A DNA stretch of 64,000 nucleotides from Saprospiraceae bacterium. Lineage in GTDB: Bacteria > Bacteroidota > Bacteroidia > Chitinophagales > Saprospiraceae. Position numbers and translations under genes: made by a program. How positions within the stretch are numbered: the stretch's first letter is position 1; the number at the start of each line of letters is the position of its first letter. The notes under the pieces are model-generated. The model made no database searches, was not told the DNA's origin, and saw only the letters and a list, made by a program, of their open reading frames with translations. The stretch is from contig JAAUTG010000001.1 in the NCBI GenBank assembly GCA_012031785.1, positions 1,896 to 65,895 of the forward strand, given 5' to 3'. Shown here in pieces: positions 57,506-63,781 of the stretch.

Positions 57506-57694
57506 ATGTGGAATAAGTTTTTGTTCGTCCTGCGACTATGTGTCGCAGGCACCATCTGGGGCATCGCTGGTATCCTGATGGTAATCGCCGACGAACGCCT
57601 GTCGGCAAAGGCATATAGAGCGATGTATTTCCAAGTCGCGCTGTACGCCCTGATGTTTGGGTTTGTGGTAGCTGAAGGGCTACTGCAAACATAA
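57506..57694 (+). CDS. small membrane protein (two hydrophobic helices)
   Basis: RBS gaaggag. FLFVLRLCVAGTIWGIAGILMVI and VALYALMFGFVVA. Confidence 0.5.
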   Translation: MWNKFLFVLRLCVAGTIWGIAGILMVIADERLSAKAYRAMYFQVALYALMFGFVVAEGLLQT

Positions 57695-57709
57695 TCCCCA
57701 TGCGGGGAT

Positions 57710-57744
57710 GCTACCAGTGCGCCAGCCTTCGTGAAGGCGGTAGC
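57710..57744 (+). promoter_or_regulatory. bipartite intergenic stem-loop B
   Basis: Outer stem GCTACC/GGTAGC, bulge AGTGCGCCA, inner stem GCCTT/AAGGC, loop CGTG. Preceded by the GC hairpin ATCCCC-atgc-GGGGAT (57694-57709). Confidence 0.7.
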
Positions 57745-57769
57745 GATCACGATACTGATCGGCGCAATA

Positions 57770-57795
57770 TAGTCATGGGAGGATTTTATCATGAC
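57770..57795 (+). repeat. identical 26-nt translation-initiation module TAGTCATGGGAGGATTTTATCATGAC, copy 1
   Basis: Exact copies also occur at 58675-58700 and 59720-59745. Confidence 0.85.
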
Positions 57796-57997
57796 TGGTT
57801 TCAAATTGTTTTTCTTGTTCGTTCGCTTATACATTGCCCTCATGGGTAATGGCACAGAACAGCCCATCCCGTCAGTTGTGTATGATCGGGTCGCCTCAAC
57901 TGAGGCAATCACCGATATCTACGCTTCTATGGCGGCAGCCCCATCTGGTGTTGTGGAAGAAGAACGAAGTACCTGGCGGGGGCTAGGTACTAAATAG
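57791..57997 (+). CDS. small protein with hydrophobic N-terminus
   Basis: MTGFKLFFLFVRLYIALMG. Confidence 0.5.
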   Translation: MTGFKLFFLFVRLYIALMGNGTEQPIPSVVYDRVASTEAITDIYASMAAAPSGVVEEERSTWRGLGTK

Positions 57998-58027
57998 TTA
58001 GAGAACAGGGTGTGGGATGCCCTGTTT

Positions 58028-58060
58028 CCACCGCGTATCTTCACGTATGTGCCGTGCGGT
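58028..58060 (+). promoter_or_regulatory. bipartite intergenic stem-loop H
   Basis: Outer stem CACCG/CGGTG, bulge CGTATCTT, inner stem CACG/CGTG, loop TATGTGC. Preceded by the hairpin ACAGGG-N9-CCCTGT (58004-58024). Confidence 0.6.
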
Positions 58061-58102
58061 GAAGGCTATGCCTTTGGCATTTAGTCTCTAAGGAGATGAG
58101 TT

Positions 58103-58573
58103 ATGTTCGAAATTAGTTTATTGGTGATCGCAGCTTTAGTCGTTGTGGTCTTGGCGTTGTCATTAGCGGTGTTGTTTCGCCGTGAAAATGATAGGGATAA
58201 CGCTGAGGTATCCGATCTGCAAGCCCGTATTGAACGCCTTCGGGCGGACAACGATCGCCTGATAGACCTGTTGCAGGACACATCAGCCTATGCGTTGGCT
58301 TCCAATGTGGTCACTCTAATGCGTATCGCCGCAAGCCTGGGGTTCAGACCCCAGGTGGAAAAAGGCGAAGACGGTGGTGTTCATATCGTAGCTAACTTCC
58401 CGCATGGGGGGTTTAAGCTCCTACTATTCATCATCCAAGGTGAACAGGTGTTTGCTAATTCCGCAGAGGGGCGGATTGCCGTTCCTCTGGAAGATGGGCT
58501 TATTGATCCACACGGGCTTAATCAGCTTTTGGGATTCAATAAACAACACCAAGACTACTCCGAAGAGGAGTAA
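58103..58573 (+). CDS. membrane-anchored coiled-coil protein
   Basis: N-terminal LLVIAALVVVVLALSLAVLF, then ARIERLRADNDRLIDLL. Confidence 0.5.
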   Translation: MFEISLLVIAALVVVVLALSLAVLFRRENDRDNAEVSDLQARIERLRADNDRLIDLLQDTSAYALASNVVTLMRIAASLGFRPQVEKGEDGGVHIVANFPHGGFKLLLFIIQGEQVFANSAEGRIAVPLEDGLIDPHGLNQLLGFNKQHQDYSEEE

Positions 58574-58586
58574 GTTTTTGGAAACT

Positions 58587-58614
58587 GGGGGACTGGCGTT
58601 TGCTGGTCTACCCT
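58587..58614 (+). repeat. conserved intergenic box, copy 2 (GGGGACTGGCGTTTGCTGGTCTACCCTA)
   Basis: Aligns with copies 1 and 3. Confidence 0.7.
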
Positions 58615-58648
58615 ACTGCCAGTGCATCAGCCTACGTGAGGCGGCAGT
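58615..58648 (+). promoter_or_regulatory. bipartite intergenic stem-loop C
   Basis: Outer stem ACTGCC/GGCAGT, bulge AGTGCATCA, inner stem GCCT/AGGC, loop ACGTG. Confidence 0.7.
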
Positions 58649-58674
58649 GTCATCAAGACCGATAGATGCGAACT

Positions 58675-58700
58675 TAGTCATGGGAGGATTTTATCATGAC
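58675..58700 (+). repeat. 26-nt translation-initiation module, copy 2
   Basis: Exact repeat. Confidence 0.85.
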
Positions 58701-59250
58701 AATCAAAACCAATTTTTTCCAAAACGGCAAAGTTGAAGGCAAGGGGTGGGCGGATCGAAAGTTCCGATCCACCGAATCCATGCCTGCGTTCGACGACATT
58801 GACGATGTTGATGATGCCACCGAAGTTGTTGAGGAGGAAGATGGTGATGACTGGCGGCAATACGCCGTTAGTAGTTCTGAGGACTACGCCCCACCAACGT
58901 GGTTGGAGACTGACGACAGTATCATCTTGTACCTAGACCGCGAACAGGGGCGCGTGTTTTTTACGCGACACCCTGAGCTAGTAACTGGTGAGGTGCTGAA
59001 GCGGGCGAAGTCCATTGATGAGGTGCTTGAGTTTAACGACGCTACCGATTTAGAGTTAGGCTGGGGATCGCTGCCGTTGTTCACCGACGGAGTCCTGGAA
59101 GAACTCCTGAATTGGTCGTTATGGCAGGAGGGCGATTGTTCGTATATCCTACCAATCTACCAACCGCCCAGCCGTGAAGCGAAGTGGTTGTCCAACGCGA
59201 CAACGATAGGTGCTGCGGAATATGCCGCCAGCCTGTTAGGTTTAGTTTAG
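58696..59250 (+). CDS. hypothetical acidic protein
   Basis: 184 codons with an acidic tract FDDIDDVDDATEVVEEEDGDDW. Confidence 0.5.
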   Translation: MTIKTNFFQNGKVEGKGWADRKFRSTESMPAFDDIDDVDDATEVVEEEDGDDWRQYAVSSSEDYAPPTWLETDDSIILYLDREQGRVFFTRHPELVTGEVLKRAKSIDEVLEFNDATDLELGWGSLPLFTDGVLEELLNWSLWQEGDCSYILPIYQPPSREAKWLSNATTIGAAEYAASLLGLV

Positions 59251-59274
59251 TCCGTTGCCCCTGGAAAAGGGGCT

Positions 59275-59308
59275 GCTATCAGTGCATCTGCCTACGTGAG
59301 GCGGTAGC
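59275..59308 (+). promoter_or_regulatory. bipartite intergenic stem-loop D
   Basis: Outer stem GCTATC/GGTAGC (one T-G pair), bulge AGTGCATCT, inner stem GCCT/AGGC, loop ACGTG. Preceded by GCCCCT-ggaaa-AGGGGC (59257-59273). Confidence 0.7.
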
Positions 59309-59352
59309 GTCATTAAGACGAAAAGATGCAAATAGGCATAAGGAGGATTATT

Positions 59353-59601
59353 ATGCCAAACACTTTCAGCAAGCACCAGAATCGGAATACCTTTGTTTGC
59401 GGCTTTTATGAAGTCGCATGGGGGCTTGACCCCCACATTGGATGGTTCTGCGATGTGTTTATCGGGGGTGAGTTAGTTTTGGAATTGTATCCCAAAACTA
59501 ATCGGGAATTATTCAACGCTCTCCATGAGGTGGGCGTTGAAATTACCAAGAAGGGGTTGAAAAACTCCCTCACTGGTAAAAACGGGACGCACTCCCTCTA
59601 A
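59353..59601 (+). CDS. hypothetical protein
   Basis: ATG lies after ataaggaggattatt. Confidence 0.5.
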   Translation: MPNTFSKHQNRNTFVCGFYEVAWGLDPHIGWFCDVFIGGELVLELYPKTNRELFNALHEVGVEITKKGLKNSLTGKNGTHSL

Positions 59602-59616
59602 GTGTGTTCTCAAATT

Positions 59617-59644
59617 AGGCGGCTAGCGTTTGCTGGCTGACCTT
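59617..59644 (+). repeat. conserved intergenic box, copy 3 (AGGCGGCTAGCGTTTGCTGGCTGACCTT)
   Basis: Aligns with copies 1 and 2. Confidence 0.7.
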
Positions 59645-59680
59645 ACGTGCAGTGGGCTAACCTTCGCGTTGGTTGCACGT
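59645..59680 (+). promoter_or_regulatory. bipartite intergenic stem-loop E
   Basis: Outer stem ACGTGC/GCACGT, bulge AGTGGGCT, inner stem AACC/GGTT, loop TTCGCGTT. Followed by an inverted copy of the stem-loop D GC hairpin (59682-59696). Confidence 0.65.
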
Positions 59681-59719
59681 GTCCCTTTTCCAGGGGCAGA
59701 AGCCTAAATCGCCAGCGTT

Positions 59720-59745
59720 TAGTCATGGGAGGATTTTATCATGAC
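59720..59745 (+). repeat. 26-nt translation-initiation module, copy 3
   Basis: Exact repeat. Copies 2 and 3 share 29 nt (TTAGTCATGGGAGGATTTTATCATGACAA). Confidence 0.85.
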
Positions 59746-60280
59746 AAAAATCTACTTGCACCATAATCCAGTTTCCGCTCAGTTCGTCAAAGGGCGCACA
59801 TCGCGCCTTTTGAAAGCCATTGAGAAAGGTGTTGTGCAGGTCGTCCCCTTGGACGGCTTGCCGCCCATATTCAGTGACCCGCGTAAGCGGGAGAGAATGG
59901 AAGTTGGATCGTTGAAGGTGAAAGCCTTCAAGGTTGCTGAGTGTGACTTCACATTTGCCAGTGTTCTGCATATTGGCAAAAATCGAACCACATTCCGTGA
60001 CCAGCTTTTCACGCTAGCCGACAGTATGTGGCTAGTACATGAGAGCGTGAGCAAGGACGATGGCAACCCATTGGAAAATGGGTGGCAGAATCTTCTGACA
60101 CCCTGGGCTATTGCGTGGCTGTATGAGGCGGGTTGCGAAATTATTTGGGTGAATAGCCCGAATAGGGTTGTGGACAACGCTTTCATTGACGGATATACCG
60201 CGCAGTCGTCATGGTTCAAGTCAATCCGCGCCACTGAGCCTATGCAGCTTCCGTCCATGCGGTGTCTCCAGCCAGAATAA
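59741..60280 (+). CDS. hypothetical protein
   Basis: 179-codon ORF. Confidence 0.5.
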   Translation: MTKIYLHHNPVSAQFVKGRTSRLLKAIEKGVVQVVPLDGLPPIFSDPRKRERMEVGSLKVKAFKVAECDFTFASVLHIGKNRTTFRDQLFTLADSMWLVHESVSKDDGNPLENGWQNLLTPWAIAWLYEAGCEIIWVNSPNRVVDNAFIDGYTAQSSWFKSIRATEPMQLPSMRCLQPE

Positions 60281-60310
60281 AAGTATATGCCCCCGCAGGA
60301 GAGGGGGCTG

Positions 60311-60343
60311 CCCTACGTAACTTCAGGTCTTCGTCCTGTAGGG
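60311..60343 (+). promoter_or_regulatory. bipartite intergenic stem-loop F
   Basis: Outer stem CCCTA/TAGGG, bulge CGTAACTT, inner stem CAGG/CCTG, loop TCTTCGT. Preceded by GCCCCC-N8-GGGGGC (60289-60308). Confidence 0.6.
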
Positions 60344-60362
60344 CTTAATCCAAGGAGTTTTA

Positions 60363-60638
60363 ATGATAGATTGGGAAATAGTAGCAGATTCTGAGGACTA
60401 CTGGCTAGACCAGTTGTTCTCAGAGCAAGCTGAGAGTGAATGCCTGGACTTCACGGGAGAAATCCCAGATGAAGCGGGCGGGTTTGACCACTTATTCATC
60501 CTCAGCCAAGAAGATGCGGAGAGACTGTCAGCGTTTGAGGAATGGATCGCTATGTATCCATTTTCATCCTCTGGCAGTACCGCCGCCGCCGCAGTGCTAT
60601 TCTCAAGGGACGACCAGGCGTTTGCGTACCTGGCTTGA
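60363..60638 (+). CDS. small highly acidic protein
   Basis: 91 codons. By my count 21 Asp+Glu against 2 Arg and no Lys. Confidence 0.5.
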   Translation: MIDWEIVADSEDYWLDQLFSEQAESECLDFTGEIPDEAGGFDHLFILSQEDAERLSAFEEWIAMYPFSSSGSTAAAAVLFSRDDQAFAYLA

Positions 60639-60661
60639 TCCCCAAGCCCCGAAAGGGGTTT

Positions 60662-60694
60662 CCCCAAGTATCCAACGTCCGCGCACGTTTGGGG
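60662..60694 (+). promoter_or_regulatory. bipartite intergenic stem-loop G
   Basis: Outer stem CCCCAA/TTGGGG, bulge GTATCCA, inner stem ACGT/ACGT, loop CCGCGC. Preceded by CCCC-gaaa-GGGG (60647-60658) and a degenerate box copy (60617-60645). Confidence 0.6.
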
Positions 60695-60720
60695 AGGTGC
60701 TATACTGAAAGGAGGTGTTA

Positions 60721-61533
60721 ATGCACAAAAAGGAGATCAGAGTGTTCTCACGGCATTCCGAACCGCATAGTAGCGGTTCTCACAACCGTATTTCCGCCGC
60801 CACTGTAGGCGGCTTCACAGTAGCGGGGAAAGACGCTATACGCACCCGCGCCCCAGCATTTCGCGTTTTGTGGGTAGTTACAATAGCCGTACTCCTAAGT
60901 TGCGCCGCGTGCCTAAATTGTGGCGTGGTTGGCAGAATTGCGGCTCAGTCACCACCAGACGGTTACAGTACCGTTGAGGCGTGCTTTGTGACCTGCGTAG
61001 CACCTGTGTTCCAAGCAGGGAAAGACGCAAGCCCAACCAGCACCCGCACGCCTACCAACCAGATTACAGTAACTGAAACCCTGACCCCAACTGCCACACG
61101 CACAACGGTTGGGCTGACGGCACAGCCTACTGTAAGGCTGACGGCTGCGGATACCGTAACCACACCGATCATCCCACCAATTCCCACGCTAGAGGAAATC
61201 CTCCCCCAGGCGACAAGCGTGCCAGATACCAGCGCACGCCCGATGATTACCGTAATCGCCCAGCAGGGGCTGATCGCATACCAATGCCCCGACCAAAGCC
61301 CGTTCGACGTGAAAAGATGTTCGCGTAACAATGCGCTCAACATCGGCTATGGCAGCGTCCACGAACTCAGAACAGACGTTGGTCATTGGTGCGTGAAATC
61401 CCCTGACGGCTACTACCGTGTAGCCGTTGGGCAACCACTTCGCTGGGTGGCTTGGATGCCAGTCTCACGGCGCGAAACCTACCTCCGCTTCCCCGCACCC
61501 AAATTCGACGTTTCATTGTGCTTTTCACCGTGA
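60721..61533 (+). CDS. membrane-anchored protein with Thr/Pro-rich linker
   Basis: ATG lies after gaaaggaggtgtta. VLWVVTIAVLLSCAACL transmembrane-like segment, then TSTRTPTNQITVTETLTPTATRTTV. Confidence 0.5.
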   Translation: MHKKEIRVFSRHSEPHSSGSHNRISAATVGGFTVAGKDAIRTRAPAFRVLWVVTIAVLLSCAACLNCGVVGRIAAQSPPDGYSTVEACFVTCVAPVFQAGKDASPTSTRTPTNQITVTETLTPTATRTTVGLTAQPTVRLTAADTVTTPIIPPIPTLEEILPQATSVPDTSARPMITVIAQQGLIAYQCPDQSPFDVKRCSRNNALNIGYGSVHELRTDVGHWCVKSPDGYYRVAVGQPLRWVAWMPVSRRETYLRFPAPKFDVSLCFSP

Positions 61534-61547
61534 AACACCACATCCCC

Positions 61548-61577
61548 TTGACAAGGGAACTACGGTAATGTTATCAT
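61548..61577 (+). promoter_or_regulatory. sigma70-type promoter TTGACA-N18-TATCAT
   Basis: Consensus -35 at 61548-61553 and -10 at 61572-61577. Confidence 0.6.
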
Positions 61578-61583
61578 CAGGTT

Positions 61584-61684
61584 ACAGTCCCTCCTGACTG
61601 ATAACAGTAGAACGACCCCATTTCTGACCAGTGACCCATAATCCCCAACGCGAAAAGACGTAAAAACTGGTCAGTCTTTTCCTC
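61584..61684 (+). ncRNA. candidate short transcript (about 100 nt) between promoter 61548 and a stem-loop plus T-tract
   Basis: 5' hairpin CAGTC-CCTCCT-GACTG (61585-61600). 9-bp stem CTGACCAGT/ACTGGTCAG (61624-61632 / 61666-61674) followed by TCTTTTCCTCTT. No ORF. Confidence 0.25.
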
Positions 61685-61712
61685 TTGACAAACCTATTCG
61701 CTATGCTATGAT
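61685..61712 (+). promoter_or_regulatory. sigma70-type promoter TTGACA-N16-TGcTATGAT (extended -10)
   Basis: -35 at 61685-61690, TG at 61704-61705, -10 at 61707-61712. Confidence 0.6.
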
Positions 61713-61771
61713 AGTTACATAGACAATCGCTGGGCGATCTGCTGGATAGACTATGGGTTCTGAAACATCGT

Positions 61772-61815
61772 TCCCAGATAACCCAACATAACCCAATATA
61801 TCCCAAGTCACCCAA
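61772..61815 (+). repeat. five tandem 9-10 bp repeats (A/T)CCCA(A/G)
   Basis: TCCCAGATA ACCCAACATA ACCCAATATA TCCCAAGTC ACCCAAGC, followed by the A/T-rich hairpin GCAAAAA...TTTTTGC (61816-61843). Confidence 0.7.
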
Positions 61816-61909
61816 GCAAAAAAATGAAATCTTTTCTTTTTGCGGTTCGCGTAGTTATAACACCTTACCGTATCCAGGGGGAAAGAGTTGAACAAAGGAG
61901 CAGGCTACG

Positions 61910-62311
61910 ATGTTGTACGCAAAAGTTTTAGTAAGGGTGGAACACTCTGGGCATCACGTCCAGTTGTGGTTCGCCGTCGGGAAGAGTGAGTATAATGCAG
62001 CGTGTCCCACCATGTTTAAGGACTTGGGGGATTACCACTATATGGGGGATTGCTTCGTTGGCAATATGTGTAGCGAAAAGATTCTGCGTGAGGAGTGCGA
62101 CGTGGTTTCAATTGAGTACACCGAAACCCACCCAGTGGAGTATACCCACGACTACTGTCGGCGGTATATTTCCGATGAGGAACTGGAATACATAACGTTC
62201 TTCAGCGAAGAAGATGATGTGCGAATGAAGCCTGAAGAGGGTACGCTGGCGTTTGAGACGTGGCAAGCCCGCGCACATCAGATTTATTATGCGAACGATG
62301 GGCGATGCTAG
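61910..62311 (+). CDS. hypothetical protein
   Basis: 133 codons, RBS aaaggag. Confidence 0.5.
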   Translation: MLYAKVLVRVEHSGHHVQLWFAVGKSEYNAACPTMFKDLGDYHYMGDCFVGNMCSEKILREECDVVSIEYTETHPVEYTHDYCRRYISDEELEYITFFSEEDDVRMKPEEGTLAFETWQARAHQIYYANDGRC

Positions 62312-62317
62312 GAGGAT

Positions 62318-62704
62318 ATGAAGATGTACACTATGGAATTACCCTCATCATTTGGTCTGCCGATCAAGTGGACTAAAAAGAATGAAGAGTCGCGATCAAG
62401 CATCTTGGATGAATGTATCGCCCAATATATCCGACTGGACGATCTGGTCGGGATAGATGGAGCAACGGGTAATCATGGTTGCTCAGATTATGCCATTGGA
62501 CGTATCTGGGCGATTGATCGTGATAGCCGCATGGTATCAATTGAGATCGTCGAATGCAATAGTTGCACGTCATGTTGGCAGTGTGGGCATGATGCCGACC
62601 ATATTTTTGCCGAAGTTGGCGACACATGGAAATTATCGTTTGATGAGTTGCGCGTCACAATCAGTTCATCTCTGTGGTCATCCGATATCAGGTGGGAGTG
62701 CTAG
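62318..62704 (+). CDS. hypothetical Cys-rich protein
   Basis: 128 codons, RBS taggagg. CNSCTSCWQCGH. Confidence 0.5.
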   Translation: MKMYTMELPSSFGLPIKWTKKNEESRSSILDECIAQYIRLDDLVGIDGATGNHGCSDYAIGRIWAIDRDSRMVSIEIVECNSCTSCWQCGHDADHIFAEVGDTWKLSFDELRVTISSSLWSSDIRWEC

Positions 62705-62713
62705 CCAGCCTCA

Positions 62714-62729
62714 CAGCCCGCTTCGGCGG
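62714..62729 (+). terminator. UUCG-tetraloop-type hairpin CCCGC-ttcg-GCGGG followed by GTTTGGGGTT
   Basis: Read directly from the sequence. The T-tract is weak. Confidence 0.3.
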
Positions 62730-62760
62730 GGTTTGGGGTTGAAAGTCAAAGGAGTAAGAT

Positions 62761-63267
62761 ATGAATAAAATTCCGTATTTTTTCTACAACCTTAGCGTGG
62801 ACAAGCATGGCACACGGCTGACGTTATTCAATGTTGGTTGGGATGTCTGTCTTGATTTTACGGAGTACGCGGATGCCTTAAACTATTTGGATAAGCAGTG
62901 CCAATTCTTTGAGAGCCGCAAGCCCTGTAAGGAGGTGCGCGTAGAGCGTCGTGAAGACGACTTATCCTACGTGGTCACTGTAGATGGTGAGCAGGCGTTT
63001 GAAGCCAACTCACATACAGAAGCTTGGATCAGAGTGTTCCTGGCTTACGAACCCGTCAATAAAGTGCCTGTTGATTTGCAGTCGGGGATTGCCAAGGTAG
63101 CGGGAACGGCGTACCTAGCAAGAGAAATTCTCTATTACCCAGGCGGTCGTGAAGAAATGTTACTCAACGCTACCGTCACGATGACCTGTAGCACAGAAGC
63201 TGACCGCGAATTCACGGCTTTAACTGAATGGTCAAACCAGGAAAGGGATGATAATGAGCGTAATTAA
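62761..63267 (+). CDS. hypothetical protein, paralogue of the next gene
   Basis: 168 codons. Shares ...YL(D/E)...C...(V/E)R(R/V)(E/D)...Y(V/L)V(T/V)VD... and H(T)EAWIRVFLAYEPVNKVPV / HDAWLDAVTRYKPIHTLPI with 63248..63781. Confidence 0.5.
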   Translation: MNKIPYFFYNLSVDKHGTRLTLFNVGWDVCLDFTEYADALNYLDKQCQFFESRKPCKEVRVERREDDLSYVVTVDGEQAFEANSHTEAWIRVFLAYEPVNKVPVDLQSGIAKVAGTAYLAREILYYPGGREEMLLNATVTMTCSTEADREFTALTEWSNQERDDNERN

Positions 63268-63781
63268 GCAATATTACGAATTCCGCATTTACGCGGAAGT
63301 AAACAACACTGTCTTGGAGATGTTAACAGGGGTTGGGTTATTGAAACGGGTCTTTCCCAATCGCGACCTTTGTTCGGATTACCTTGAAAGCTGCAAACGG
63401 GTGAAACCGTCTGTTAGCGTAAACAGTGTTGTTGTGCAGCGCGTTGACATGGGGGGGCGTTATAGCCACCACGCCTACGTGCTGGTGGTTGACAGGAAAA
63501 CGCTGGATGGGGTGGAGTATGTGGATGTGCATGATGCGTGGCTGGATGCCGTCACGCGCTACAAACCGATCCATACCTTACCGATTGTTGCGGAAATGTA
63601 TTTTTCGGTGAAATTCGGGATTGCGGAGTACGCAATTAAGGTGTCCTTTGCGAAAGGGACGCGCAGTGAGTTATACCATAAGTTGGCGGCGGAAATCCCC
63701 GCAGGAAACGCTAGAAGTTTGGAGGATTATGTCAAAAACGTCCTCTTGATTGAAGCAGAAAGGGCTGAAAATGAACAATAA
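63248..63781 (+). CDS. hypothetical protein, paralogue of the previous gene
   Basis: 177 codons. See the previous entry. Confidence 0.5.
   Translation: MIMSVIKQYYEFRIYAEVNNTVLEMLTGVGLLKRVFPNRDLCSDYLESCKRVKPSVSVNSVVVQRVDMGGRYSHHAYVLVVDRKTLDGVEYVDVHDAWLDAVTRYKPIHTLPIVAEMYFSVKFGIAEYAIKVSFAKGTRSELYHKLAAEIPAGNARSLEDYVKNVLLIEAERAENEQ

Noticed and set aside
57773-57793. Upstream ATG inside the repeated module (ATGGGAGGATTTTATCATG) as the real start
   Set aside because: It overlaps the Shine-Dalgarno sequence itself, has no RBS, and is out of frame with the downstream ORFs.
57399-60694. The repeated intergenic elements as a CRISPR array or a transposon-type repeat family (MITE/REP)
   Set aside because: The spacing is irregular and set by intervening genes. 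Each copy is followed by an RBS and an ORF. The repeats diverge in sequence while keeping their structure, and there are no terminal inverted repeats or target duplications.
61582-61895. - strand ORFs 61582..61815 and 61701..61895
   Set aside because: They lie in the promoter/leader region between + strand genes, have no RBS, and overlap the two consensus + strand promoters.
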